This document shows positions 1-8,780 of a DNA stretch of 64,000 bases, piece after piece. This DNA comes from an uncultured Pseudomonadota bacterium (GTDB taxonomy: Bacteria; Pseudomonadota; Alphaproteobacteria; JACZXZ01). The DNA lies in assembly GCA_963749075.1 (NCBI GenBank), contig CAVVLJ010000020.1, forward strand, positions 128,001 to 192,000, read 5' to 3'. The notes under the pieces were generated by a model. The model saw nothing but the letters and a program-made list of their open reading frames with translations. It made no database searches and had not been told where the DNA came from. How positions within the stretch are numbered: position 1 is the first letter of the stretch; each line of letters begins with the position of its first letter. The position numbers and the translations under genes are program-made.

Positions 1-196
1 GTCACAGGCGCATGGCGGAGAGCCTCCTAACATAATCCATGCGAGGGGGCAAAGCGCCCAACGCTCGGCGCCGCGCGGTCCGGCCGGGTCCCACGCTCCA
101 TGCCGCCGCGGCGGCCGGCTTTTTCCTTTTGACAGGGCCGAGGGAACGTGGCAATTGGCACCCCTTCGCCGATGAGGCCAGCGAGGAGTGTTGCCG

Positions 197-541
197 GTGA
201 CGAAGCCGGAATGGGGAACCAAGCGAATCTGTCAAAGTTGCGGCACGCGGTTCTACGATCTGCGCCGCCGCCCGATCGAATGCCCGAAGTGCGGCACGAT
301 CTTTGACCCCGAAACCTTGATCAAGGCGAGGCGCCCGCGCCAGGCGCCTCAGCCGGTGCCCGCCGTGGTCGAGGAGGTGGTGGCCGTCGAGCCCGAGCTC
401 GTCGAGGAGGAGGCTGCTGCCCCCCAGGTCAGCGAGAGCGAGGAGGAGGAGGTCATCGAGGACGCCTCCGAGCTCGGCGAGGACGAGGACGACGTGGCCG
501 AGGTGATCGAGAACGTCGAGGAGGAAGAGGGCGAGCGCTGA
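197..541 (+). CDS. TIGR02300 family (FYDLN-acid) protein
   Basis: KPEWGTKRICQSCGTRFYDL..CPKCG zinc ribbon with acidic tail; GTG 197 follows SD GAGGAG. Confidence 0.9.
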   Translation: MTKPEWGTKRICQSCGTRFYDLRRRPIECPKCGTIFDPETLIKARRPRQAPQPVPAVVEEVVAVEPELVEEEAAAPQVSESEEEEVIEDASELGEDEDDVAEVIENVEEEEGER

Positions 542-678
542 CGGCGCTACGCCGGCGCTCCGGCGCCAACGTATCGCGTTCGGCGGCGGCAAGTTTTCTT
601 GTCGGTACGACCGCGGGGGCAAGGCCTCCTCGACCGGTCCGGCTGCCAGCCGTACATTGGCCGCATATCTCGGGCCGC

Positions 679-780
679 ATGTCTCGGATGAAAGCAATGA
701 CGGATCGCACGGCCGCACGCAAGCCGGCGCCGCGGCTCAAGGCGGCGGCACGCCGCTATATCGAGACTTTGGGCCGTTGA
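679..780 (+). pseudogene. C-terminal remnant of a DUF1778-type antitoxin
   Basis: 33-codon ORF ending KPAPRLKAAARRYIETLGR*; its TGA overlaps the TTG of the GNAT gene; no N-terminal RHH part. Confidence 0.5.
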
Positions 781-1106
781 CGGATGCGGCGCTGCCGCCG
801 TTGCGCATCGAGCCGCTTGACGATCGGCATGAGCGAAGCGCGTTCGCAAGCAATGTCGAGCCCCTGGATCGCTATTTCAGGACGCAAGCGAGCCAGGACG
901 TGCGCCGGCGGGTCGCGTCCTCTTTCGTCCTGATCGCGGAGCGGCAAGAGAGGCCGCTCGGCTTCTACACCCTGGCCGCGGTTTCCATTGCGCTGGCGGA
1001 TTTGCCCGCGGAGATCGCCAAGCGGCTTCCGCGCTATCCATCGATAGCCGCAACGCTCATGGGCCGGCCGGCGGCCAAGTTTTCCCTTGCCTCGATGACG
1101 GCCTAA
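777..1106 (+). pseudogene. Truncated GNAT acetyltransferase toxin (AtaT/TacT-like)
   Basis: IEPL..H.RSAF..LDRYFRTQASQDVRR..GFYTL..LPRYP..LMGR, then stops before the acetyl-CoA (QGxG) motif. Confidence 0.75.
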
Positions 1107-1155
1107 CTCATACTTTGCGCACCCGCCGCTGCCCAGCGGCGGCTCTCCCCCCAAT

Positions 1156-1231
<76 letters not shown>

Positions 1232-1296
1232 ATGAAGGCAATGGGCCAGGCAGGCGCTGCTTGGCCCATTGTCGTTGGCGGGAGGTGCGCGCGATC

Positions 1297-2250
1297 CTAA
1301 AGGCGCGCTACGACCTCGTCGCGGAAGTGCCGCATGTTGGCAATCGTCGCCTCGGCGCTCTCGCCTTCGAAGCCGAAGTCGACCGCGGAGAAGCCGAGCT
1401 TGCCGAGCGCCCGCAGGTCTGCGGCCATCTCGGCCGCGTCGCCGGAGAGGAGGTGCCGCTCGCCCTCGTCGGTCGTGCGCGGTGCGGCGGCCCCATGCTT
1501 TTGGCAGCGGTAGGCAAGGGCGATGGACGCGGGTTCGCGGCCGCTCTCCGCCGCGAGGAGGCGCAGCCTGCCGAGCGCCGCACTGCAGCGCGCGATAGTA
1601 TCGAGCGGCGCCTTCGGGTTCGTGCCGATGGGATACCAGCCGTCGCCGAGACGCGCGGTGCGGCGCATGGCGGCAAGCCCTTCGCCGCCGATCCACAGCG
1701 GCGGGTGCGGCTTCTGCGCGGGCTTGGGCGCGAAGACGATGTCGGCGAAGCGCACGTAGCGTCCCTCGAAGCGCGGCTCGGCCTCGGTCCAGAGGGCGCG
1801 GAAGACCTTGAGATACTCGTCGGTGACGGCACCGCGCTCGGCAAAGGGCGGCGTGCCCAGTGCGGCGAACTCCTCCTCGAGCCAGCCGGCGCCGACGCCG
1901 ACGATGAGCCGCCCGCGGGACAGCACGTCGATGGTCGCCAGCATCTTGGCGGCGAGCACGGCCGGGCGATGGGGCACCACCATGACCGAGGTGAGGAGGC
2001 GGAGCCGCGAGGTGCGGCCGGCGAGGAAGGCGGCCGTGGTCAGCTGCTCCTGGCGGTCGCCCTGCGAGCCCGCCGGGAACTCGCCCGAGCTCGAATAGGG
2101 ATAGCGCGACTGGATGTCGGCCGGGAAGACCACGTGGTCGCTGATGGTGACATAGTCGAAGCCGATGGCCTCGCCCGCGTCGACCACGCGCGTCAAGTTG
2201 TCCGCCGATGAGAGCGGGCCGCGGGTCGGTGCGCTGAAGCCGATCTGCAT
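1297..2250 (-). CDS. LLM-class (luciferase-like, probably F420-dependent) oxidoreductase
   Basis: GFDYVTISDH, LAAKMLATIDVLSRGRL, GAGWLEEEF, PKPAQKPHPPLWIGG. Confidence 0.88.
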   Translation of the reverse strand: MQIGFSAPTRGPLSSADNLTRVVDAGEAIGFDYVTISDHVVFPADIQSRYPYSSSGEFPAGSQGDRQEQLTTAAFLAGRTSRLRLLTSVMVVPHRPAVLAAKMLATIDVLSRGRLIVGVGAGWLEEEFAALGTPPFAERGAVTDEYLKVFRALWTEAEPRFEGRYVRFADIVFAPKPAQKPHPPLWIGGEGLAAMRRTARLGDGWYPIGTNPKAPLDTIARCSAALGRLRLLAAESGREPASIALAYRCQKHGAAAPRTTDEGERHLLSGDAAEMAADLRALGKLGFSAVDFGFEGESAEATIANMRHFRDEVVARL

Positions 2251-2307
2251 GCGCGCCACTCTACGTGCATGGGTGGGCGGCGTCGAGTCCCGCGGGAGCG
2301 CCGCGGC

Positions 2308-3066
2308 TCAGCGGTTGAGCACGACGCTGATGAAGGCGCGCGTGCGGGCCTCGCGCGGGTTCTCGAGGATGCGCTCGGGCACGTCCTCCTCGACGATCAA
2401 GCCGTGATCCATGAAGATGACGCGGTCGGCGACCTGGCGCGCGAAATTCATCTCGTGCGTCACGATGATCATGGTCATGCCGTCGGCGCTCAGCTGGCGC
2501 ATGACCTCGAGCACTTCGTGCACCAGCTCGGGATCGAGCGCCGAGGTCGGCTCGTCGAACAGCATGGCCATCGGATCCATGGCAAGCGCCCGGGCGATCG
2601 CCGTGCGCTGGCGCTGGCCGCCCGAGAGCTGCTCGGGATAGCTTTGCGCCTTGTCCTCGAGGCCGACGCGGCGGAGGAGCTCCATCGCCTTCGCGGTGGC
2701 GCTCGCCCGGTCGAGGCCGAGCACGTGCATGGGCGCCTCGATGATGTTCTTGAGCACGCTCAAATGCGGGAAGAGGTTGAAGTCCTGGAAGACCATGCCG
2801 AGCTTGGCGCGCACGCGCGCGATGCGCTTGGCCGAGTGCGGCACCCGCTTGCCGCCGACGACGTCGTAATAGGCCGCCTCGCCGTTGATCCTGATGGAGC
2901 CGCGCTCGGGCGGCTCGAGCATATTGAGGCAGCGCAGCAGGGTCGACTTGCCGCTCCCCGAGGGGCCGATGACGCAGACCACCTCGCTCGGCGCCACCTT
3001 GAGCGAGATGCCGCGCAGCACCTCGAGGCTGCCGAAGCGCTTGTGCAGATCCTCGACCTCGATCAT
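2308..3066 (-). CDS. Polar amino acid ABC transporter ATP-binding protein
   Basis: [33 protein letters not shown]. Confidence 0.95.
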   Translation of the reverse strand: MIEVEDLHKRFGSLEVLRGISLKVAPSEVVCVIGPSGSGKSTLLRCLNMLEPPERGSIRINGEAAYYDVVGGKRVPHSAKRIARVRAKLGMVFQDFNLFPHLSVLKNIIEAPMHVLGLDRASATAKAMELLRRVGLEDKAQSYPEQLSGGQRQRTAIARALAMDPMAMLFDEPTSALDPELVHEVLEVMRQLSADGMTMIIVTHEMNFARQVADRVIFMDHGLIVEEDVPERILENPREARTRAFISVVLNR

Positions 3067-3072
3067 GCCGGC

Positions 3073-3741
3073 TCAGCGGTGACTGTAGCCCCGAGAGGTG
3101 ATCCTCTCGAGGTAGCGCACGAAGAGCGCCGCGGGGTAGCCGACTGCGAAATAGAGAATCATGGTGAGGGTGTAGATGGAGAAATACTGGTAGGTGCGGG
3201 CGGAGATGATCTCGCCGGTGAACATCAGCTCCTGCACGGTCATGACGGAGGTGAGCGCCGTGTCCTTGAAGATCGAGATGAAATAGTTGCCGAGCGCCGG
3301 CGTGACGATGCGCAGCGCCTGCGGCAGGATGATGCGGCGGAAGGCGAGGAGCCGGGTCATGCCGAGCGCCGCCGCGGCGTTATGCTGGCCGCGGGGCACG
3401 GCTAGGATGCCGCCCCTGTACACCTCGCCCAGATAGGCGCTGTAGTGGAGCGTGAGCCCGATGATGCTGGCACTCAAGGGATCGAGCCTGATGCCGGCGC
3501 CGGGCAGCACGTAGTAGATGTAGATGAGCTGCAGGAGGAGCGGCGTCGCGCGCATGAGCTCGACGTAGGCGTCGATCGGGATGCGCACCAGCGGCGAGCG
3601 CGACATGCGCAGAACCGCCACTGGAACCGCCAGAACGACCGAGAGAAGGAGAACGACGAGGGCGATCAGGACGGTGAGCTCGAGGCCCTGGAGCAGGACG
3701 CCGATGTAATCGCGCGCGAACGAAAGGTTGAGGAGCTGCAT
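3073..3741 (-). CDS. Amino acid ABC transporter permease
   Basis: RATPLLLQL, EVYRGGI, ILPQALR, KDTAL motifs. Confidence 0.93.
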   Translation of the reverse strand: MQLLNLSFARDYIGVLLQGLELTVLIALVVLLLSVVLAVPVAVLRMSRSPLVRIPIDAYVELMRATPLLLQLIYIYYVLPGAGIRLDPLSASIIGLTLHYSAYLGEVYRGGILAVPRGQHNAAAALGMTRLLAFRRIILPQALRIVTPALGNYFISIFKDTALTSVMTVQELMFTGEIISARTYQYFSIYTLTMILYFAVGYPAALFVRYLERITSRGYSHR

Positions 3742-3807
3742 GCCACGCCTCCCTCGTGGCGGCGGCGCGGCCGGAGGACCGCGCCGCCGCCGATCGTCTG
3801 CCGTTCG

Positions 3808-4677
3808 TCAGTTGGTCGGGAAGAAGAACAGATTGCGGTTGCCGAGGCCGTTCTTCTTGAGGATGGCCGAGACGATGCCGTTGCCGCGGATCTCGGCGAG
3901 CGCCCGCGAGTAGGCGGCGCGCAAGCTGCAGTCCTCCTTGCGCAGCGCATAACGCGCGTAGCCGTAGCCGTATTTGAAGATGAGCTCCTGCGGCACGGTC
4001 ACGTTGGGCACGAGCTCGAGGGGCTCGCTCGGGTTCGCCTTCATATAGGCGAGGAACTTCACGTCGTCGTCCATCACCACCGAGACGCGGCCCTCGGCGA
4101 GGGCGGCGAAATGCTCGGGGTTGGTGCGGAACGGCACCACCGTGGCGCCGACGTGGCGCAGGTACTCGTTGGCCGCCGTGCCGATCATGGCGCCCACCTC
4201 CTTGCCCTTGAGCTCGTCGAAGGAATGGAGGCCGGTCGGATTGCCCTTCTTGACGATGATGCCGGGGCCGTACCACCACGCCGGCCCGGTGAAGGAGATC
4301 ACTTTGACGCGCGCGGGCGTGTAGTGGATGTTGGTGGCGATCACGTCGACGCGCTTGGAGAGCAGTGCCGCGACCAGCTCGGAGAAGGGCATGATCTCGT
4401 AGCGGACCTTGGTGATTTCCAACCACTTCAGCGCATTCTGGTTGATCTCCACGTCGAGGCCGTAGGCCTGCTTGCTCTGCGGGTCGATGCCGCTATAGAG
4501 CGGGCTCGGCGAGATGCCGAGCGTAATCCCGTCCTTCACCGCGCGGTCGTAGGAGCCGTCGCCGCAGTTCTCGAAGAGCGGCGTCGCTTCGAACGTGAAG
4601 TCCTCGGCGAGCGCGGTGCGAGCGGCACCGGCAATGACAAGGCCGAGGGCTGCGATCAAGATACCCATCCGTGTCAT
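3808..4677 (-). CDS. Amino acid ABC transporter substrate-binding protein (family 3)
   Basis: Signal peptide from ATG 4677, GLDVEI, LLSKRVDVI, IIVKKGNP; operonic with permease and ATPase. Confidence 0.88.
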   Translation of the reverse strand: MTRMGILIAALGLVIAGAARTALAEDFTFEATPLFENCGDGSYDRAVKDGITLGISPSPLYSGIDPQSKQAYGLDVEINQNALKWLEITKVRYEIMPFSELVAALLSKRVDVIATNIHYTPARVKVISFTGPAWWYGPGIIVKKGNPTGLHSFDELKGKEVGAMIGTAANEYLRHVGATVVPFRTNPEHFAALAEGRVSVVMDDDVKFLAYMKANPSEPLELVPNVTVPQELIFKYGYGYARYALRKEDCSLRAAYSRALAEIRGNGIVSAILKKNGLGNRNLFFFPTN

Positions 4678-4714
4678 GACAGCCTCCGAAGTTTTTTGCC
4701 TTCTGGCGCGCTTG

Positions 4715-4738
4715 TGCTGTATAATATATAAGACAGCA
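4715..4738. promoter_or_regulatory. Putative GntR/HutC-type operator palindrome
   Basis: TGCTGT-ATAATATATAAG-ACAGCA, AT-rich inverted repeat between the divergent SBP and GntR genes. Confidence 0.6.
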
Positions 4739-4875
4739 GAGTGCGGCGGGCCGTCAATGGATTTTTGCCGCCGGGCGGCAGCGCGGCGGGGAGGCGCGAG
4801 CATGGGGTGGCACCCTCGCCCGCGGGCGATGGCGCCGCGGCCGCTCGCGCGGGCGGACGAGGCAGGGAGGCGGGA

Positions 4876-5640
4876 TTGGCGCCAGTCGGAAGCCGGGCCA
4901 AGCGGGAGGAGGCGGGCGAGCGGGTGCTCGATTTCCAGCCGCTCTACCTGCAGGTCAAGGAGCTCATCATCCGCCGCATCGTGAGCGGCGTGTGGCGGCC
5001 GGGCGGCGCGGTGCCGAGCGAAATGCGGCTCGCCGCCGAGCTCGGCGTCAGCCAGGGCACGGTGCGCAAGGCGATCGAGGAGCTGGCGGCGCAGAACCTC
5101 GTGACGCGCCAGCAGGGGCGCGGCACCTTCGTCGCCTCGCATAGCCATCAGCGCGCGCAGTTCCACTTCATGCGCATCATCCCGGAGGACGGCCAGAAGG
5201 AGCTGCCGACCGGCCGGCTTCTGGCGCTCGCCAAGGAGCGCGCCGACAGCGCCCAGGCGGAGCATTTGCGCCTGCGCGCGGGTGCGCCGGTCTATGCGCT
5301 CCTCCGCCTGCGCAGCATCGGCGGCAAGCCGGTCATGCTCGAGCGCATCTTTCTGCCTGCCGCGCTCTTTCCCGACCTCAGCCTGCCGCTCCATGTCGAG
5401 CTGCCGGACGAGCTCTACGGGCACTACGAGCGCAATTTCGGCATGACCGTGGTGCGCGCCGAGGACCGCCTCAGGGCCGTCGCGGCGGATGCGCTTGCCG
5501 CGACACACCTCGGCGTGGCGCCGGGCGCGCCGCTCCTCGAGGTCGAGCGCACGGCGCTCGGCCTCGACGGCACGGTAATCGAATGGCGCTTCAGCCATTG
5601 CAATACGCAGCACCATCACTACGGCAGCGGCATCGAATGA
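4876..5640 (+). CDS. GntR family regulator (HutC/UTRA subtype)
   Basis: PLYLQVK..PSEMRLAAELGVSQGTVRKAI..QGRGTFV plus UTRA domain; TTG 4876 after GGAGG. Confidence 0.92.
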   Translation: MAPVGSRAKREEAGERVLDFQPLYLQVKELIIRRIVSGVWRPGGAVPSEMRLAAELGVSQGTVRKAIEELAAQNLVTRQQGRGTFVASHSHQRAQFHFMRIIPEDGQKELPTGRLLALAKERADSAQAEHLRLRAGAPVYALLRLRSIGGKPVMLERIFLPAALFPDLSLPLHVELPDELYGHYERNFGMTVVRAEDRLRAVAADALAATHLGVAPGAPLLEVERTALGLDGTVIEWRFSHCNTQHHHYGSGIE

Positions 5641-6407
5641 GCGCTGCCGCAGAGAGGAACGGGAGCACGCGCATGAGCGACGCACTCCGTGAGGCCCGCA
5701 TCGACCTCGCAGCGGCGCTGAGGCTCGCCGTGAGATTCGAGATGCAGGAAGGAATCTGCAATCATTTCAGCTACATGGTGCCGGGCCGGGACGATTGCTT
5801 CCTGGTCAATCCGCAGGGCTTCCACTGGTCCGAGGTCCGCGCGAGCGATCTCCTGCTGGTCGGCCGGGAGGGGCAATTGCTCGAGGGCAAGGCGCCGCCC
5901 GAGCCGACCGCCTTCTACATCCACTGGCGCATCCACCGCGGCTTGCCCCACGCCCGCGCGGTCCTCCACACGCACATGCCCTACGCCACGGCGATCACCT
6001 CGCTTGCCGACGGCCGGCTCGAGCCGATCAACCAGAAGGCGGTCGGCCGCTTCGGCGAGCGCGTCGCCTATGACGATCAATTCAACGGCTTCGCCCTCGA
6101 CGAGGCGGAGGGCGACCGCATGATGCGCGCGCTCGGCAACAAGAGCGTGCTCTTCCTTGCCAACCACGGGGTCGTCGTCACCGGGCCCAGCATGGACATA
6201 GCCTTCGACGATCTCTACTACCTCGAGCGCACGGCCCAGAACCAATGGCTTGCCATGGCGACCGGGCAGCCGCTCCGCATGATCGCGAGCGAGGTGGCGG
6301 CGAAGACCGCGCGGCAATATCTCGAGCTCGGCAATTACCAGGCCAAGCCGCATTTCGCCGCCCTGAAGCGCATCCTCGACCGCGAGGAGCCCGACTACAA
6401 GGATTGA
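5637..6407 (+). CDS. Class II aldolase/adducin family protein
   Basis: EGICNHFS, VLHTHMPYA, LANHG metal motifs; ATGA overlap with GntR. Confidence 0.9.
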   Translation: MSAAAERNGSTRMSDALREARIDLAAALRLAVRFEMQEGICNHFSYMVPGRDDCFLVNPQGFHWSEVRASDLLLVGREGQLLEGKAPPEPTAFYIHWRIHRGLPHARAVLHTHMPYATAITSLADGRLEPINQKAVGRFGERVAYDDQFNGFALDEAEGDRMMRALGNKSVLFLANHGVVVTGPSMDIAFDDLYYLERTAQNQWLAMATGQPLRMIASEVAAKTARQYLELGNYQAKPHFAALKRILDREEPDYKD

Positions 6408-6651
6408 CGAAGGCCCGTGCCGGCGAGGCGGAGCGGCAGGCCGGCAGCTTTCCGCGGGCGGCAGCACCCGCCGGCCCTCCCTCCCTGTGGCGTATAATAG
6501 GCAGCCGGGCACCTCTCCGCTGGGGCGGCTCAGCGGGCGTGTCCCTTAGCAACGGAGGCCCCGGGAGCATCCGCGCCACTCGACAGGAGAACGCAATGCC
6601 CCCATTTTGGTGCCTGAGCGGGGCATCCGACAGGGCATCGGCGAGGCTTGA

Positions 6652-7536
6652 GTGAGCACCTCCGTTGAGACCATTGCCGAGCGGGCGGCGCCGCACCGCG
6701 ACCTCGGCGTCCCGCCCTCGCGCGACGCCGCGGGTCGGCGGCCGCGCGCCGCCGGCCTCGCCGCGGCGATCCTGCTGCATGGCGCGGTCATCGCCCTCGT
6801 GCTCGTCAAGCTGCCGGCGGCGGAGCCGGCGAGGGAGCCGCCCGCCATCCCGGTCGAGCTCGTGGTCGTACCCGAGGCGAAACCGAAGCCGAAGCCGGTC
6901 CCCGTCGAGCAGCCGAAGCCGCCGGCGCAAGCCCAGCCCTTCCGCGAATCGGGAGGCGATCCCGATAAGACGCCAGGGCACGTGGCGGAGGCGGAGGCGC
7001 CCAAGAAGGCGGAGCCCGTGCCGCCGCCCGCCGAGGCGCCGGCGCCGCAGCAGGCGGCCCCGGCCCTCGAGGGCGAGCTGCCGCCGCCGCCCCTGCCGGT
7101 GCCGCCGCCGCCGCAGCCGCCCCAGCCGCAGAGGGCGAAGCCGCTCCTCGCGGCACTGCCGCCGCTTCACCGTCCGTCCGCGGAGAGTGCAACGCCACGG
7201 CCGCCGAGCGAGAGCAGCCTCACCGGCGAGGGCGGCGGCGACCGCTATCTCAACAAGGTGCGGGATATCATCATCAGCAATCTGATCTACCCGGGTGCCG
7301 CGCGCGCCGGCGACATTGCCGGCGTCGCCAGGTTCGAGCTGGTCATCGACCGCCAGGGCCACCTGCTCGAGCTTCGCCTCGCGCGCTCGTCGGGCGCCGA
7401 GGTCCTCGACCGCGCCGGACGCGAGGCCGTCGAGCTCTCGGCGCCCTTCGGGCCGCCGCCGCCCGACGTGATCGGCGATCAGATCGGTCTCTTGCTGACG
7501 CTCTATATCGGACCCGACGCGCCGGGGACGCGGTGA
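6652..7536 (+). CDS. TonB family energy transducer (TM anchor, Pro-rich spacer, TonB C-terminal domain)
   Basis: ILLHG anchor, proline-rich linker, YP..AR..G..SSG..LDRA. Confidence 0.8.
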   Translation: MSTSVETIAERAAPHRDLGVPPSRDAAGRRPRAAGLAAAILLHGAVIALVLVKLPAAEPAREPPAIPVELVVVPEAKPKPKPVPVEQPKPPAQAQPFRESGGDPDKTPGHVAEAEAPKKAEPVPPPAEAPAPQQAAPALEGELPPPPLPVPPPPQPPQPQRAKPLLAALPPLHRPSAESATPRPPSESSLTGEGGGDRYLNKVRDIIISNLIYPGAARAGDIAGVARFELVIDRQGHLLELRLARSSGAEVLDRAGREAVELSAPFGPPPPDVIGDQIGLLLTLYIGPDAPGTR

Positions 7537-7551
7537 GCCGCCGCCGAGCCG

Positions 7552-8769
7552 TCAGTTGACGGTCTCGCGCGAGTGGTCCCGGCTGTTGATCCAGTCGAGC
7601 GTTTGCTCGAGCGGCATCGGGCGCGCGAAATAATAGCCCTGGAGCGAGGGCACGCCGAGCGTTCCCAGCACGCGGGCGAGCACCGCCGTCTCGACGCCTT
7701 CCGCCACGCTCTCGAGGCCGAGGTTGCGCGCGAGCTCGATGACCGATTTGACGATCGCGTAGGCGTCCTGGGAGTCGGCGAGGTCGAGGACGAAGGACTT
7801 GTCGATCTTGAGCTCGGAGAAGGGCATCTCGCGCAGCGTCTTGAGCGAGGAATAGCCGGTCCCGAAGTCGTCGATGGCGAGCCGGAAGCCCTTGAGGCGC
7901 AAGCGCGTCAGGATGTCGGCGGTGGCGTTCGGGTCCTTCATGGCCACCGTCTCGGTCACCTCGAAGGAGATCGAGGCGGCCTGGGAGCCGCTCTCGATGA
8001 CGAGGGTGGCGACCCGGTCGGGGAAGTCGAGCCGGCGCAGATTGGCGTGCGAGATGTTGATCGCGATGGGCAGCCCGGCATGGCCGTTGTGGAAGTGGCT
8101 CTGATGGGAGATGGCCTCGCGCACCACCCACATGGTGAGCTGGTCGATGACCTCGTCATCGCGCTCGGCGAGCGGGATGAAGCGCTCGGGCAGCAGCATG
8201 CCGAACTCCGGATGCGGCCAGCGGATCAAGGCCTCGAACTTGGTCACGTCGCCGGTTCCCGCGGTGACGACCGGCTGCAGGAAGAGCCTCATCTCGCCTT
8301 CGCTGAGCGCCCGCTCGACGTCGGCCGAGGAGAGGGGACGCTGAGGGGATGCGGCTCGGCTGAAGGGCTCGCCGGCGCTCACCGCGACCGTCTCGCTCTT
8401 GACCGCGTCGCGCAGGTAGGCGCGCACTTCCGAGGCGCGCGCGGGCTTCTCGAGCACGCCGGCGATGGCGAGGCCGAGCGAGGTGCCGAGCTGCTCGGTC
8501 GCCGTGAGCACGCGGCGGTCGAAGCCGCTCACCAGCACGATGTCGCCGCGGAACTCCTCGCGCTGCAGGAAGCGCAGCTGCTCGACGCCGTCGGAGTGGC
8601 CGAGCTGGAGGTCGAGCATGACGAGATCGGGGAGCGTGGCGCGGAACATCGCCTGGAACGACGTCTCCTCCATCGCCGCCTCGGCGCTCCAGCCGGCACC
8701 CCGCGCCACCGCGACGATGAAAGAGGCGATGCGCTCCTCGTCGTCGAGCACAAGCAAATGCATGGTCAT
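7552..8769 (-). CDS. Response regulator with EAL phosphodiesterase domain (REC-EAL)
   Basis: LVLDDE, DLVMLDL, EALIRW, FEVTE, DDFGTGYSSL, ELKIDKSF, EGVE, QGY. Confidence 0.92.
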   Translation of the reverse strand: MTMHLLVLDDEERIASFIVAVARGAGWSAEAAMEETSFQAMFRATLPDLVMLDLQLGHSDGVEQLRFLQREEFRGDIVLVSGFDRRVLTATEQLGTSLGLAIAGVLEKPARASEVRAYLRDAVKSETVAVSAGEPFSRAASPQRPLSSADVERALSEGEMRLFLQPVVTAGTGDVTKFEALIRWPHPEFGMLLPERFIPLAERDDEVIDQLTMWVVREAISHQSHFHNGHAGLPIAINISHANLRRLDFPDRVATLVIESGSQAASISFEVTETVAMKDPNATADILTRLRLKGFRLAIDDFGTGYSSLKTLREMPFSELKIDKSFVLDLADSQDAYAIVKSVIELARNLGLESVAEGVETAVLARVLGTLGVPSLQGYYFARPMPLEQTLDWINSRDHSRETVN

Positions 8770-8780
8770 TCTCCCCGCGC

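Noticed and set aside
1-40. Start of a minus-strand gene at the window edge (AGGAGG then ATG at 13)
   Set aside because: Reads MRL then stop; cannot be resolved without upstream sequence
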